Shown piece by piece: positions 1-13,277 of a DNA stretch of 64,000 nucleotides. The notes beneath the pieces were generated by a model. The model did not search any database, was not told where the DNA came from, and worked only from the letters and a program-made list of their open reading frames with translations. Position 1 is the stretch's first letter, and every line of letters starts with the position of its first letter. The stretch comes from Marsupella aquatica (lineage: Eukaryota > Plantae > Marchantiophyta), in the NCBI GenBank assembly GCA_973895155.1, contig OZ316896.1, forward strand, positions 8,143,539 to 8,207,538. Reading direction: 5' to 3'. The position numbers and the translations under genes are program-made.

Positions 1-52
1 TGAGGAAGCACACGCAGATATGCTGGAGTTTGCAAAGAAGGTCCTTTTGTAA
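1..52 (+). CDS. 3' end of dienelactone hydrolase family gene (upstream tandem paralog, partial)
   Basis: Reads EEAHADMLEFAKKVLL* and is nearly identical to the last codons of the gene ending at 6887 (EEAHVDMLEFAKKVLV*). The 3' UTRs also share blocks (gattc[t/a]tctact; actatgtca..atgag). Confidence 0.85.
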   Translation, partial: EEAHADMLEFAKKVLL

Positions 53-1224
53 TCAGATTCTTCTACTTTGTGTTGTTTATCGCAAACAGACTCAGGAGTG
101 ACGAGTAGATTGTATGTGGATGATAAGGTACTCCTCCTATTTTGAGAAATAAATAAATTGGAATGTGAACATTGTATTTGTAGTCAGAGAGGTTTGTTTG
201 TCCTCACTCTTTGACTTTTATGATACAAAATGCAAGTAACTTTATGTTATATGAGCAACTATGTCATATGAGCAACCCTGATGTGCGGCTACACAGATTC
301 TCAAATGAGTTTGGAATGTCATTTTTAACCAAAAGTTTGGAAAGGAGGAGGATCTTCAGTGTGGGTGTAGTGATTTTGCCATACCAGGTCTGGGTCTCCC
401 TCTTTATCTACAGTTCTAGATTACGTAAAAGTGTCTCGTTAGGTAAACATTCAGACAGAAATCTGTCCTCTTCACTCCCAGCCCAATGTGTCCTAGCCCT
501 TGGGAACTTACATTTATCTCTTGGGGCCTCAAATTAAGGGGTGTTTCATATGAAGCCCAAAGTTTTGGGTAAATAAACACTTAAGCACTCTAAAACATAA
601 TTATATATAATTTTTTAAACAAATGTTTTTACAATAGAATATTCTTGGAATATGTTCATATTTTGTTTAAATAGACCATCTAGTAGACCATGTGATTAAT
701 TCTCAAAATGGGATTTAGATACCCCTATCGTCCTTCCACAAATTTTTTAAATCTTTCACTAAACCCAATTAAAACCCGGATAATTATTTGTGATGCTGGG
801 GCAAGCTAGAAGAAGTGAGGACCTTGGAATTCATCTTTGTCTGGACATTTATTTGGCCCCAAAGCCATCATTTGGAAGTGACAAAAATCAAATGTTAGAG
901 ACATCCGTTTTTTCAGTGCTTTGCAAGATAATCAAACACTAAAGTAACATATCCCACTGAAAACCTTGTTGTCAGTTTACAAAATGATAATCATTCAAGC
1001 AGGAGCCAATCTTGGCCCTTTGCGGAAAACTACTCTACTTGCACTAGGAAACCCCCCATGCACCTCTGAACATAAATAAAATAAAGAGAATAATTATTTA
1101 TCTAAAAAATGGAAGTTAAAACAAAAGCGAAAAAAATGAAAACCAACAATATTGCTTCCTACCGCGCTGACATGTTTTACTCCATGATGCAATGGTGGCT
1201 TTCTTGTGTCCCCACTCCTACACG

Positions 1225-2022
1225 TTTGTCCCTGGTTTGGACTTGTCGGACAAATAGGAGGATTTGGGACGACAAATGACATATGTCGTCCCGGTCGATC
1301 CCGATTGATCCCGGCCGGGTGACAGGGTCGGGCCGGGAGAAAGTAGAGGCGGGCCGGGAGCAGGGTCGGGACCCCGAACCGGTCCTCCCCAGCCCGGCCG
1401 CGTCCCCCCCCCTGGACCTCCCCCTCCCACTGGCCCCGCTGCCCTCCCCGACCCCCCCTCTCTCCCATCCCGGTCCTCCCCGGCCCGGCTGTCTCCCCCC
1501 GGACCTCCCCTCCCCCCCAGACCTCCCCTCCCCCCCGGCCTTGCTCCCCGCCCCAACCCCGCCTCCCGTCCTGGTCCAGCTGTCTCCCCCGGTACCTCCA
1601 CTCCCCCCCGGCCCTGGTCCCCGCCCCGATCCTGCCCCTCGCCCGGGTCCTCCCCGACCCCCCGACCTCCCCTAACCCCCCCCCCGACCCCGTGCCCCAC
1701 TGCAGCCCCGACCCCCGAACCCCGAACCCCCGGCCCCGACCCTAAACCGGGGGCCGGCTCACTTAACCGAGGGAGTCAGGGACATGGCCGGGAGATTTTA
1801 GGACCGGGCCGGGAAAGTTTTTGACCAGGCCGGGAGGGTCGGGACAGTGTGGGACTCGGCCGGGAGGGGTCGAGAGAATTCAAGACCGGGCCGGGTATGG
1901 GCCAGGAATTTTTTGGTCCCGGCCGGGGAATATAAGGGAATATTGGACAAATAGGGCGTTTTTGGGCGGACAAGTTGTCATTTGTCGTGTCGGACAAGGA
2001 CAAGTCTTGTCCGACAGCACTG
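1225..2022. mobile_element. GC-rich non-autonomous DNA-transposon-like element (hAT-like right end)
   Basis: Extremely C-rich core (1380-1745). Repeated GACAA/TTGTC and CCGGCCGGG motifs occur at both ends, with an inverted block acgacaaatgaca / tgtcatttgtcgt. The right end reads CAGTGCTGTCGGACAAG on the minus strand, like hAT termini. No matching left TIR or 8-bp TSD was found. Confidence 0.45.
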
Positions 2023-3202
2023 ATTGTTCTCCATGGTAACTTGTTTCCAAACCTGTTTGCCCCAGAAAAGACATGCAAAGTATAAAACTCAAGACTATTC
2101 TTTCTTATGATCCTGGTGCTGCTCTGGCTAGGATTCACAATCTTACAGAAAAGATGAATGAAAAAATATATAAGAGACCGACGGCTCAGACCAGACATCA
2201 AATGCGGAACATGAGAGGGATCCTACACTAACAAGACACCACAAGAACACTCCTGAAACATCTATAGCATTAAGAGTACATGTGAAGAATGAATGAGATA
2301 ATGCTCTCCCTCTAACCTATGAGGCCGAGACTTGTGGACCTCATCTAAACAAATTTTATCCTAATGTAATCAAATGTTAACTAACTCTAGTGAAACCAAA
2401 CTAACTATACTTGGGAACTTGAATCAATTACTAGGAGTATAGACTAGATTGCCTTCAATCATTAAAATTATGCCTTGACCTCCTATCGACAGGTATGAAC
2501 TTTCGACTTTCGAGCCTAAAAAACACTTCACTAAAGGTTTTGACAGAGGGTGAGATTGGACAGGTTCATACCTCACCCCTAGCTGTGGTTGTTCTGGCCG
2601 ATTTCCGTGGATTTTGAAGAAAACGCTGAGCCTTTATGTGAGTGCGCATACTGTGTACTCCGCCACAATGCAACTGTCCACACATAGGACGGATTTTCAT
2701 ACCCAGGCACATCCTCGGCTGCTCCTTTTTTGTGTGCAGTTACTTCGACGCAACGCCGAGTGTGTCCACTTACCTTTTGCATTACTATGCACTACGGCAT
2801 GCTCCCTCGAGCAATCTATTTCATGTTGTGCTAATACTTTTCACCGATCCTCCGCGAGACCCGTCCATTGGGTCCAGAAATTTGGCGAATACCGTTTGCA
2901 GCTAGGTCCTCTAGCACAAGATTCCGCAGATACATAGATTGGGTCCAGAGATTTGTCCCCACCCGTATCGATGCTCCTCAGGTGCTCCAGCTGGCATACG
3001 AGTTTTAGCTGGGATAGAAGAAAGAATCCCGGTCATCACAGAGAGAGAGAGAGAGATCTTTCGAGGCAAAAGAGCGTTAGCTGGAATAGAAGAAAGAATT
3101 CCGGTCACCTGAGAGAGAATAGTAATTCAATTGAGCACTTATTGTGATTGTGTGGTTTTCGGCAAGCAAAAGGAAATACACAGCCCCTGAACTGTAGAAA
3201 AC

Positions 3203-6200
3203 ATGGCGAGTGATGCGTGTTGCACACCAGCCCCGCCGGCTGAGCATCTCGATGAGGGGAAGGTGGGAACCATCGGGGGATTACGGGCTTACCTTGACAA
3301 TCCGTATGCCAAGGCTGCCATCATTCTGGTTCACGATGTTTTCGGTACGTGATGGCTCACTAGTTCTCTCTTTCTCTCTGTCTCTCTCTCTCTGTTTTCA
3401 GGTTGTGCTGCTGGTGATGTGTTTTAGCAATGAAGAATTCCCGGAGCGAGTATTGCTGCCAGCTAGCCGAGCTCTTTGCAGCAGACCCACGTAATTGTGA
3501 TCTGTGAGGCTGACGTACTCCCTAATTCTGTCTCCATTATCAATCTCTCTGGTGCGCCGTCGAAGTGCTCACGCTGTTCGTTGGCAAGGGTATTGGGAGG
3601 TCTTGCACTGTCAGTGCTGGTGCGGTACATGGCCCGGTTTTATCGTTTTGAACTTCCTTGTCACTTCCATTTGTTGTCCATCTTTCTCTCTACAGTTGGA
3701 TGGACTGATTGGGTCCTCCTGAACAAAAAATTGAGTTGATTGCATTGATAGAGACCATTACAGATTATCAAAATGGGCAGGAATTCGAAATAACGTAGCA
3801 CCATGTAGGAACATGTAACCAAGGTCTTGTTTGAGCTCGTTGGTCAATCAAAAGATCTATTGCTTAAATGATGATTCATGCTGCGGCGTATGCGGTCCAA
3901 TAAGATCTGTTTCTTGGTCCCTTGAGTTGTCCCAAAATTGTATTCTGGAGTGATAGTCATTGCCTTCAGCGTAAACGAGCCCTTTTTTGCCATCATTCTC
4001 TTGACATCGCCGCAATTGGGGGCCGGGGCTATGCACGGTCCTCTGTCGCCGAATTGCGATCTTGAATTTGTTCAAGTACCTTGAGTTTTCGTAGGCTGGG
4101 ATCCATCTCGTTTGTGCCTTTTCGCGATATGACTCTAGTGAGGTGATTATGCATGACGTTCCCTCTTTCGTGGCTCGTTTGCGCAGGAAATGAAACCCCT
4201 CTGCTAAGGTATGAGTCCTGGGTTTCTCCGCATTGTTGCTTGAGCAAATCATTTGTCTCAGTCCAGGGTTGACACATTCTTTCGTTCAACATCACCGGAG
4301 GTTTGAGCATCTGTCGGCATCCGAGTAGAATAAATTCAGACTCTTGAGGTGAGCGGTTGGTTTGGTTGGAGAACTTACTTTTGTTTGAACGTTTCTCTGG
4401 ATCTTCTCTCAGTCTACGCATAGATTGTGGAGGGTTGGGTTTTCCTCACCAATTCTCGAGCCTCTTTTGACCATCTTTTCGAAGATGTCAGCAGAGCTGG
4501 AAATGCCTATGAAAGGACTGTAGCACTCACGTCGCCCCATAAGGAATAAAATTACTCAGATTCTCCACGTCAGCTCAATCTCAATCTGACACCTTGGTGC
4601 TTGGCGACGTTACTTTCTGTGATAAGCTTGTTCTTTGAATCGGTGTGGCAGCGGGGATTTTGTCCTGGAACTGTCAATGACAAGATTTCTCATTCAAATT
4701 TGACTGTCCTGGTTGTGGGCCATGTGAGTCAGAAAGCTTGCGGACAAGGTTGCTGCTGCAGGCTTCTACGCAGTTGTGCCCGATTTTGTACATGGAAATC
4801 CATGGGCGCCGAAAGATCCTACAGCTCTTTTTGCAAATTTTGGGCCTTGGATAGCCATTCATCACCCGGTAATTGTCTTCTCAAATTTGAATTGGCTGAG
4901 GCTTGTTGGACCGCTTGCTCCAATTAACATGTATAATTGGGTACTCTAAGGGATATATATAACATTGATCCGGTGAAATATCGCTCGAGTGTACGTAGAC
5001 AATGAAGGGCGTTGCTTCTTAGGTCCATGCTAGTCAGCCTAGATTTGGCAGCAACCTCACGAGGTTTCACTATGATACATCTCTGGAGAGAACCTCGCCT
5101 ATTTACAGGCTTGTTCAAAGAAATGTTGTCAACTTGTTTATTCATTGATCTGTTTACTCATTATCAAGTGCCGGAGTCGGTAGTCCACATCATCGTGTAG
5201 CACTGGCAGGGCTTTTTCGTCACGTCCTTGAGCAAGGATGTCAATCTTAGAGTTAGCTTCATAGTACTGACTGAGTTTGTAATAATTAAATGTCTTCGGG
5301 ATATGTAAATATATTGCATTGCGTTGTGTACTCATCCCAGGATGCAATTATTGATGTGACTAAAGTTATTATCAAAGAGCTGAAGGAGCAAGGATTTCAG
5401 TCCATTGGCATTGCAGGCTTTTGCTGGGGAGGTGATTGCTTTCAAACATGACATTGTCCTGAATTAAATACCTACTCTAAGATATGCTTTGCATGTGTCT
5501 GAGAAAGTAATAACGACAGTCTGCATACTCTATGGAGCTCAGTTATGAACCATCAGTAATGGACAATCTTTGCCAACTTCCTCATCCCCAAGCTGTCATA
5601 GCCTGAATCGATTTGGGGTATGAAAACTTTATGTTTACTTGTTTAAGTGAAGTTTGGAGGAATGTGGGATACAGGCGACCTAGATACTGGTTGGTGTAAC
5701 CTAGACGTTGAAACTCTGTAACAAGATGTAAAGTTAAGTCAATGAGAAGGGTCTTGTATTAAGTTTACCTTGACAGTGGCTACAAGATTCCTTCCAGTAC
5801 AGGTTTCAGAGCATAGAGTGTAATCACACACACAAACAAAGATAGATTAAGTGACTGACGTTTCCTTTCAGAAATCTGTGCTAGCAAGCTATACGGACAG
5901 CATTAGGTGACAAAGCACCTTTGTGTGATTCTCGTCAGTGAGCCAACGAGGGGCTCTTTGGTAATATGTTTGTCCTACGTGATGCAGGTAGACTTGCTGT
6001 CATGATTGGAAAGGAGGAGGATCTAGTCAAAGGCACATTTTTGTTTCATACTTCACTTACCACAGTTGAGAATGTCAAAGGTAACTCATTATGTAGGTCA
6101 TTGAATTTAATCTGAACTTAACTGGTTAGCATCAAACTAAGCCCTTGATGTCACAGATTTTGCATGAGAGATAATGTGTGTATTTGTGGTCCATTTTTGT

Positions 6201-6887
6201 GTACTCTACAATCTTGTCATTTAGATTGGATGGTTGTGAATGATCCTGCCTCCACAGATCTGAGAGTTCCAATGGCAATTCTGGGCTGTGAGCATGACGA
6301 AGCTACCCCTCCCTCTGTGGCTCTTGAGTATAAGGAAATTCTCGCTACCAAGCCCGTAAGTTTAGTTTCGTTTGGAATCGTTGCTTCTCATAATTCGTGC
6401 ATTTTGAAACTTTCAAAATCTCTTGTTTTTCTCTCAATTCTGACGTTTGCCTCCCAGGTTATTCTGGTTTTCGCTATGCAGAGAAATGCGGTACTTTTAT
6501 AGTCTGTATTGGTATATCAGTTTTACTTTGTAATTAAATTATCTTGAGACTTCCTGTATTTTGGATTTGGGAACAGAGTAAGTCGGTTGTTTGCTGCACT
6601 TATCACGTTTTCTTTAGAGGTCTTCCTCTTATTATGGCGAGGGGAGCTTCAAACAAGAAAGTTATCTATCTTCAACAATTCATGTAAACTGTCATCTTTA
6701 TTTCTCCATATAGTCCACTCATGTAGGAATTGCTCATCTGTTTCAGTTTCCAAGCCTGGTGAAGATTTTCCCCGGCCAGACTCATGGTTGGACTATCCGG
6801 TATGATGTGAACGATCCACATGAGGTGAAGGGTGCTGAGGAAGCACACGTAGATATGCTGGAGTTTGCAAAGAAGGTCCTTGTCTAA
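3203..6887 (+). CDS. Dienelactone hydrolase family protein (endo-1,3;1,4-beta-D-glucanase-like), 7 exons
   Basis: GT-AG exons 3203-3344, 4187-4208, 4733-4868, 5341-5431, 5988-6080, 6258-6355 and 6747-6887 splice in frame: [76 protein letters not shown]. The G-x-C-x-G nucleophile and the Asp and His of the triad are present. Confidence 0.9.
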
Positions 6888-9800
6888 TCAATTGTTTGCA
6901 CTGGATTCATCTACTCTGAGTTGTTCATTGGCTGAACTTAGTTCAATTAAGTGAGGGGCCCACATAAATGGCCCCAGAATGGTTTGTTTAAATATGGGGA
7001 TGGCTATCTATACAATAGAATATGCAAAACTATTATATGAAACTATGTCACATATGAGAATACAGTACACATTGTTTTTGTCCGTATATATCATCAACAG
7101 GTAAGTTGGGTGTACATTCCGTCAGAAAGGAGAAGTCGGGAGCCTGATTTGATCTTTATTCCTCTCCTTCTCACTTTTGCCACATGCTTTTGGATTTGAA
7201 ATGTTACACCTTTTTTAGTACAACCCACGGAGCACTTTGTGATTCTATGTACTGATGTACATAGTAATAGTGTCATGAGGATAAATTTGGGGTGAGGAGA
7301 GGGGACCAAGAGCTGGTGGGTCATATCTTCTAATGGGGGTTTTAGAATGTTTTGAAGGAGGAAATATTGGTATAAAGCTCATTGACACCCTTCTTGTTTC
7401 CATTATGTTTTAAAGAGCAAAGTTTCACCTTCAATAGCTCCCCTTTTGAGCTGAATTGGCTATTATTGTGTTTGTTATCACTGGATTGGAAAGACCATTT
7501 AAAAAAGTTTAATATGGCTAGTGTTCATGAAGAACCGAGAGACTTAGGAATCATTGCTCTCCATACTTTATGCTTCCAAAAGTTTTCTGGGAGCTGACTT
7601 TGATATTTGCAGCTTCTAAAAGACTGAGTTGAGCTTGGAATTGAATTTGTATTTAACACAATTAAGCTTATCTGTTCAGTTCAGTCAGTCGGCACATGGG
7701 CGAAGAGTTTGACCATGATTAGGCCTGGCCGAGGGGATGACATGGGTGTTTGCAGCTTCCACTATTGAGAAATGTCATGTTCTGTGTGTGTTATTTTTCT
7801 GGGGAGCAAATACCGTTTGAAACAACACTTTTCACCCAATATTACATAGTAACAGGTTTTGATCTGAAATGTAGTTTTGATCTGCACAATAGAATAACCA
7901 TTTTCTTAACACATCTAGCTTTGTTCGGCCATTTGTGACCAACCCCCTTGGTCAGGGGCCCTGGTACTAAGCATACTCTGGAGAGTGTTCCCATTTTTGG
8001 CTACTATGGAAGTGGTTTATAGTGCACCTCAGATGTGCGGGACACTGTCTGCCCTGTTCTTGAAGGGTGTTGGCATATATAGCAAGTTGTTTACATCACC
8101 ATGGATTCACATGATCTGATAAGGCAAACTCTGTTGTACGGAGATGCTTCTTTGTATTGGCAGCGTGTACAAATCCAAATTTTGAAGTACTTACAGCCAT
8201 CCACCTTAGACGAGGATGGGTGGCTGTTTGCTTCTTAGAGGAGCCTCCCCACCTCCCAAAATCCAAATAGTTTGCCAAAGGTGCCTGAAAGAGTACAGTA
8301 TTGCGAGAAAGATTTGTGAGAAAGTCGGGGAGAAATTGTGGGAAGATGACTTATGTCATTGACAAGCTTGTAAGTTTCCTTTTTGGCCATCTGGACATAG
8401 ATTTATTATTGAACATTCAAGATAGTAGCTCTGCTTGTAAACAGCGAAGCTGGGCCTCATCTATTGGTTCTTGCGCTGCACGGATTGAACAACTCCTAGC
8501 AACCACGTTGACTTAGAAATCCAGATTTAGTTAGATCATGTTCACCCTGATTTATTGTTATTCACATAAGATGCAATAAGATGCAATAAGATGTAGAGGT
8601 AAGACTGGGGGCAAGACAAGCCATTTACAAACTAGCTAAATACCAATGTGCATTGCATGGAAGATGTCAAGGTGAGGTTACAGAGGTCGTGAGGTAAGGA
8701 AGTACAGTGAACCATGTCTAACTCCTGGCTCCCAGGAAGACACCACCAGCCAGCACTTATCCACTGAATGCATTATGCTATAAGTGTACGGAACATCATT
8801 CATGCATTTCTCCATATGCAATTCTAATAAGTGCATGGGAAATGACATGCGCTTCCCCAGTGTGTTGTCGGGTAACATACAATCATTGGATTCCTCATAC
8901 CCTGAGCCCTCATATTGTACATTTCAATTGAATATGTGCATGAAATTACTATATGTAGTTGTTTGCTGCACCTATCAATAAATGCCTATGATGTATGCAT
9001 TTCAGTAATTGATATGTATGTGTACACTTTTAGCCACAAATGTGTTTATGTATTTGTCCTTTAGTGAAGGTTGACTGCACTTATCCAAACTACATTTTTT
9101 GGTGCATTACAAAGAAAATACTTGTAACATTAGGGGACAACATAGTTGACCTGCACTGACCGTACCACCAAGGGTATCGTTGTTGCAACCAAAGCACAAG
9201 TCAGAACTGCACCCCCTTGCCTCCATTCCCTTCTCTGTCCTTTTTTCTTCTCCTTTCTCTGTCACATTTCCCTCCCTCTCTTCCTCCCTCCCTTGAGTTT
9301 TACTTTCTCTTCCTCCCCACCCTGACGTTTGATCATCTGGACTATGAAAAATTGTTAGGGAGTAAGTTTTGCTTCTTAGGTGGCCCTGCCCACACTCTTT
9401 TGGAGTTAAATCATCTTATTTGTTTGGCAAGGTTCATCAAGAATTTCAGCACAAAGTTATCGCAAAAACTGTGCAATGGGTACCTTCAAACTCAAATTCA
9501 AAACATTTGTATTTCTCATACTCTTTAAGAGGTTTTATATCTCCATAGCACAGAATCTGCAGAATGGAAACTCAGAACACCCAACTAACTTAAAACATTG
9601 TAAAGTACCATTGGCTTATAAGCCAGACACTGTAAGCCGTTGGTACTTACAATTACTTCTGAAATCTACTCTCATCCGTCAAAATGCCTCTTCTTCCAAA
9701 TTTGTGCTGTCATCTTCTGGCGAGGATCCAATTTCATACCTGTTTCTAACAATCCAGCCCTCCTCGGATAATCCGGAAAGGCGGTCTTATCATCATCCTG

Positions 9801-10819
9801 AGCAGAGAAAGATGAGTACTTTCCGAATCAAAAAGTGCGGGAGGAAGAAAAAGTGTTTGCCTCTTAAAGTTGAGAAAATTAAGTCAAGTCTATGTGTACA
9901 GTTGGTGTTTTTCGACATCACTTTTCATTACAATTTTGTACAATCTAGACTGCCCAGCCTCCCAAGTGTCGAATCGCTCGTCGTTCAACCCTGCTTTACA
10001 AAGTGGGCCCAAGTTGCACTGTCCCATGAGAAGTCATCGTCTCATCTATTCTGCCTGCCCGACAGAGAATTTCTTTGGGACACAAGCTCTTTGCTCCGAA
10101 CATGCACAGAACCAATTACATAATCGTAGATTTTTAGCTCCGGCAGTCGACCTAGGATTGATCCCACAGACTTCTCCTGGAGTTGCTAGTACATGGAGAA
10201 CCTGGGGCAGATTGGTGGCGGGTCTTTGGATCAAATTTCTGTCGGAAAGTTCAAAGGTGGCACATACATTGTTTACAAGTTAACAAGAGTGTGAAGAGCA
10301 TGGGACTACAGGGCTTATGAGTCAAAATGCTGATTCCTGAACCTGTATATTGTTAGTCTCTTCCTTTCTACGTTTGGCTGCCATGAAATGAATGACCTCA
10401 AGAAAGCGCCCGGGAAGCGGGAATATGCGGATTGCATTGCACATATAGAACACTGTAGCTCTCCGCTCACGCGCGGGGTATGGTCGAGGTAATTAGATTC
10501 CGTCGGACCGAAACTGCGCTGGAAGGCTCCCAGAAATCCCTGGTGGGGCCGGCAGGCAACCAATCCCGAGTGCCGTTTATGGTGATACTGATCTGGGTCG
10601 TCGGAGCTGTCCTACTCAGTGCTACCTCCAGGCCCACCAACTGCGAGATAATGGATTAAAAAATAAAGAACATGCATATCTCATTGGGGTGGAGGTCAAC
10701 TTTGAAAGGAAAACTGGTTCCTTATCAATTACTCTTGCAAGTGGGCTACAGCCGGCTCAGATTGTGATCCACGTTCAATTCACCTTCTGTGGTGCAAGGG
10801 GAGACCCTGCCGACCATAC

Positions 10820-10826
10820 TATAAAT
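10820..10826 (+). promoter_or_regulatory. Putative TATA box of the IFR-like gene
   Basis: TATAAAT about 200 nt upstream of the ATG at 11026. Confidence 0.4.
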
Positions 10827-11025
10827 TCCGTAGCTCGGTGATAGAATGTAAACACTTTCGGAGAGAACATACACTGCGAAAGGTACATTGCCTCTTGTCG
10901 GTCCAGAAGACGAGCATTGCAATTAGATTCAAGCAGCATCCTTTTCATCGGGAAATTTATCTGTAATTGGTAAGAGAGAGAGATAGGAAGGTAGAGGCAT
11001 CACAGAACAGGTGTAAGTTGAAAGT

Positions 11026-11949
11026 ATGGGTGCAAGCAAAGTACTGATTATTGGTGCAACGGGCTACATGGGCAAACATGTGGTGACAGCGAGTGCGAAG
11101 CTGGGTCATCCGACATTCGCTCTGGTGCGATCCACCACCTCTGATGATCCTGCAAAGGCGGAGCTTCTCAAGTCTTTTCAAGAAGCCGGAGTTACTCTTC
11201 TGGTTGGCGACATCTCCGATCATGCAAGCCTGGTTTCGGCATTGAAGCAAGTAGATGTCGTCATTTCCACTGTCGGAGGAATGCAACTAGCGGACCAGGC
11301 TAAAATCTTGGAAGCTGCGAAGGAGACTGGAACGATCAAGAGGTTTCTGCCGTCAGAGTTTGGCAATGATGTGGACCGAATAGATCTTGATGTTGAGGTC
11401 ACGAAGGGTCTCTTCGGTGCTAAGCGGGAAATCCGGCGCTTGTGTGAGAAGTCTGGAATTCCATACACATTTATCGTATGTGGTTCTTATGCAGGTTACT
11501 ATTTGGCGCCCATAGTGCAGGATCTGTGGGCGCCACCTCGTGCTGGTAAGATTACCATATATGGTGATGGCAATGCCAAGGCGATCTTCGTTGACGAACC
11601 CGATATCGGAACCTTCACGGTCAAAGCCATCGATGATCCACGCACGGAGAACAAATCTCTGCACATCATTCCGAAGGAGAACATATTTTCTCAGAATGAA
11701 GTGACTGCCATTTGGGAGAAGAAAGTCGGTGTCACATTCGAGAAGGAGGTTCTGGATAAGGAGGGAGTTCTCAAAACAATTGCAGAGCTGCCGTTTCCGG
11801 ATAATCTTATGCGAGCAATCAAGTACTCTATCTTTGTTAAAGGTGATCAATCGAAATGTTCTCTTGGCGAGAACGACGTTGAAGCTATCGGATTGTATCC
11901 CGATGTCAAGTACACCACAGTTGATGAGTATCTGTCACGCTTAGTTTGA
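11026..11949 (+). CDS. Isoflavone reductase-like / phenylcoumaran benzylic ether reductase-like (PIP family, NmrA-like), single-exon CDS
   Basis: 307-aa ORF with the Rossmann motif IIGATGYMG, plus VDVVIS, IKRFLPSEFGND, catalytic K (GAKREIRR), IYGDGNAKA and LYPDVKYTTVDEYL, all typical of PIP reductases. Confidence 0.95.
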   Translation: MGASKVLIIGATGYMGKHVVTASAKLGHPTFALVRSTTSDDPAKAELLKSFQEAGVTLLVGDISDHASLVSALKQVDVVISTVGGMQLADQAKILEAAKETGTIKRFLPSEFGNDVDRIDLDVEVTKGLFGAKREIRRLCEKSGIPYTFIVCGSYAGYYLAPIVQDLWAPPRAGKITIYGDGNAKAIFVDEPDIGTFTVKAIDDPRTENKSLHIIPKENIFSQNEVTAIWEKKVGVTFEKEVLDKEGVLKTIAELPFPDNLMRAIKYSIFVKGDQSKCSLGENDVEAIGLYPDVKYTTVDEYLSRLV

Positions 11950-13277
11950 AACCAGTTTAGTACACTTTTAGAACAGTACGCCAACAGCACGATTCCAGCT
12001 CCATTGCATTTGTAATGCTTTGCAATCGCTGCTGGTCCAATTCAAGCAGACTTAAGTACTGGCCTTCCAATTGAATCGAATAAAGATGTCGAAGTTTGCA
12101 AGTGCTTTAAAATTGCTTCTGAATTAGTGTAACTAGTCGGACGGTGTTTGTATGGATGGGCTCTGACTCTACATCATGAAGAATCGAACCTTCTGCATGA
12201 GGTTGAGTGGTGCGACGTGACTTCAAGCCTTGGTAAGTTGGAGAGACTCGCAGTGACGCGCAGAGTTTCTTAGCGTAATTAGGAGCCTATACTTGCAAAT
12301 TGTAACCTAAGAAGTTTCCAAAAGTTTCTAGATGAAGCTTTCATTTTCCCAGATCCGTTGGGATCAAAAGTGGATTAGGGTCTACATCGACATTGTCCAA
12401 ATTGAATAGCTAGAATGAACTGTTTGTAACATCTTAATTTGGGCGAAATACATTGTTGAAGAGTCGCAGCTTAAGCAATCCAGATTATTCCCACTGCCGA
12501 TGATCATTTAAATGGGAGCTCTGTACAAATTGTAAGCTTTGCCACTACAATTTATAGCCCGCACAATCACAACTAGTTGATTATTAGAAAGGTTCTGTAG
12601 CTCAAGTATCTTAACTGCAGACGTATCTTCGCCAACAAATAGGACAAGAATTCTCCTGAATGCAATGCAACCGAACTTCTGAAAATTGTTGCCCATCAGA
12701 ACTATGATCATATACCAATCAATCGATGGGTGCGAAAAAAATGTCAGGTCGCGGTAAATTCAGGCCCTGGAATCATGGCTCTGTCCTTACGACTCTGTTT
12801 CTGATGACTAAGTATGAAAATCCACAACCAAATCAACACTTGGAGAAGATCAAAGTGAAATCGGAGAAAGAGCAGGTGCAAGAACGAATTGGGATCAGTT
12901 CAACATCTACTTGCTCGTGTTACATCCTTCTGGACGGTAGGAACGTGGTTTCAAACTAGCCCAGAGTAACGACCCAGTTCGCATCAGACCATAGTTCAGG
13001 TCATCGTTCAAACTGCTTCTTGAAAGACCGGGCCGGTCCACTATTTCCGTAGACTAGAAAGCTGAACAGTTTTGACGACCCGACTTTCTGCTACTTTGAC
13101 TAAACTCGAACCTCTCACAGGAATGATACTAGAGTTTACGAGCTCTAGTAAAGAGCTTGCAAGGCCTATGAAAGCGTTCACTACTGATCGATTGCTGATT
13201 GACACATTCTGGGAAGACAAAAGCCAGACTCATCTTTTAAGTCGATGCTCCCTTGATCGAATGGTGATTGACAGATT

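Noticed and set aside
536-727. Possible MITE bounded by AGGGGTG / TACCCCT
   Set aside because: Inverted match of only about 7 bp with a mismatch, and no clear TSD.
1094-2201. Pro/Gly-rich ORFs on both strands
   Set aside because: By-products of extreme GC skew in a repeat element; no domain or coding evidence.
9476-10283. 215-aa and 137-aa ORFs
   Set aside because: No recognisable motif and intergenic-like composition; probably chance ORFs or TE debris.
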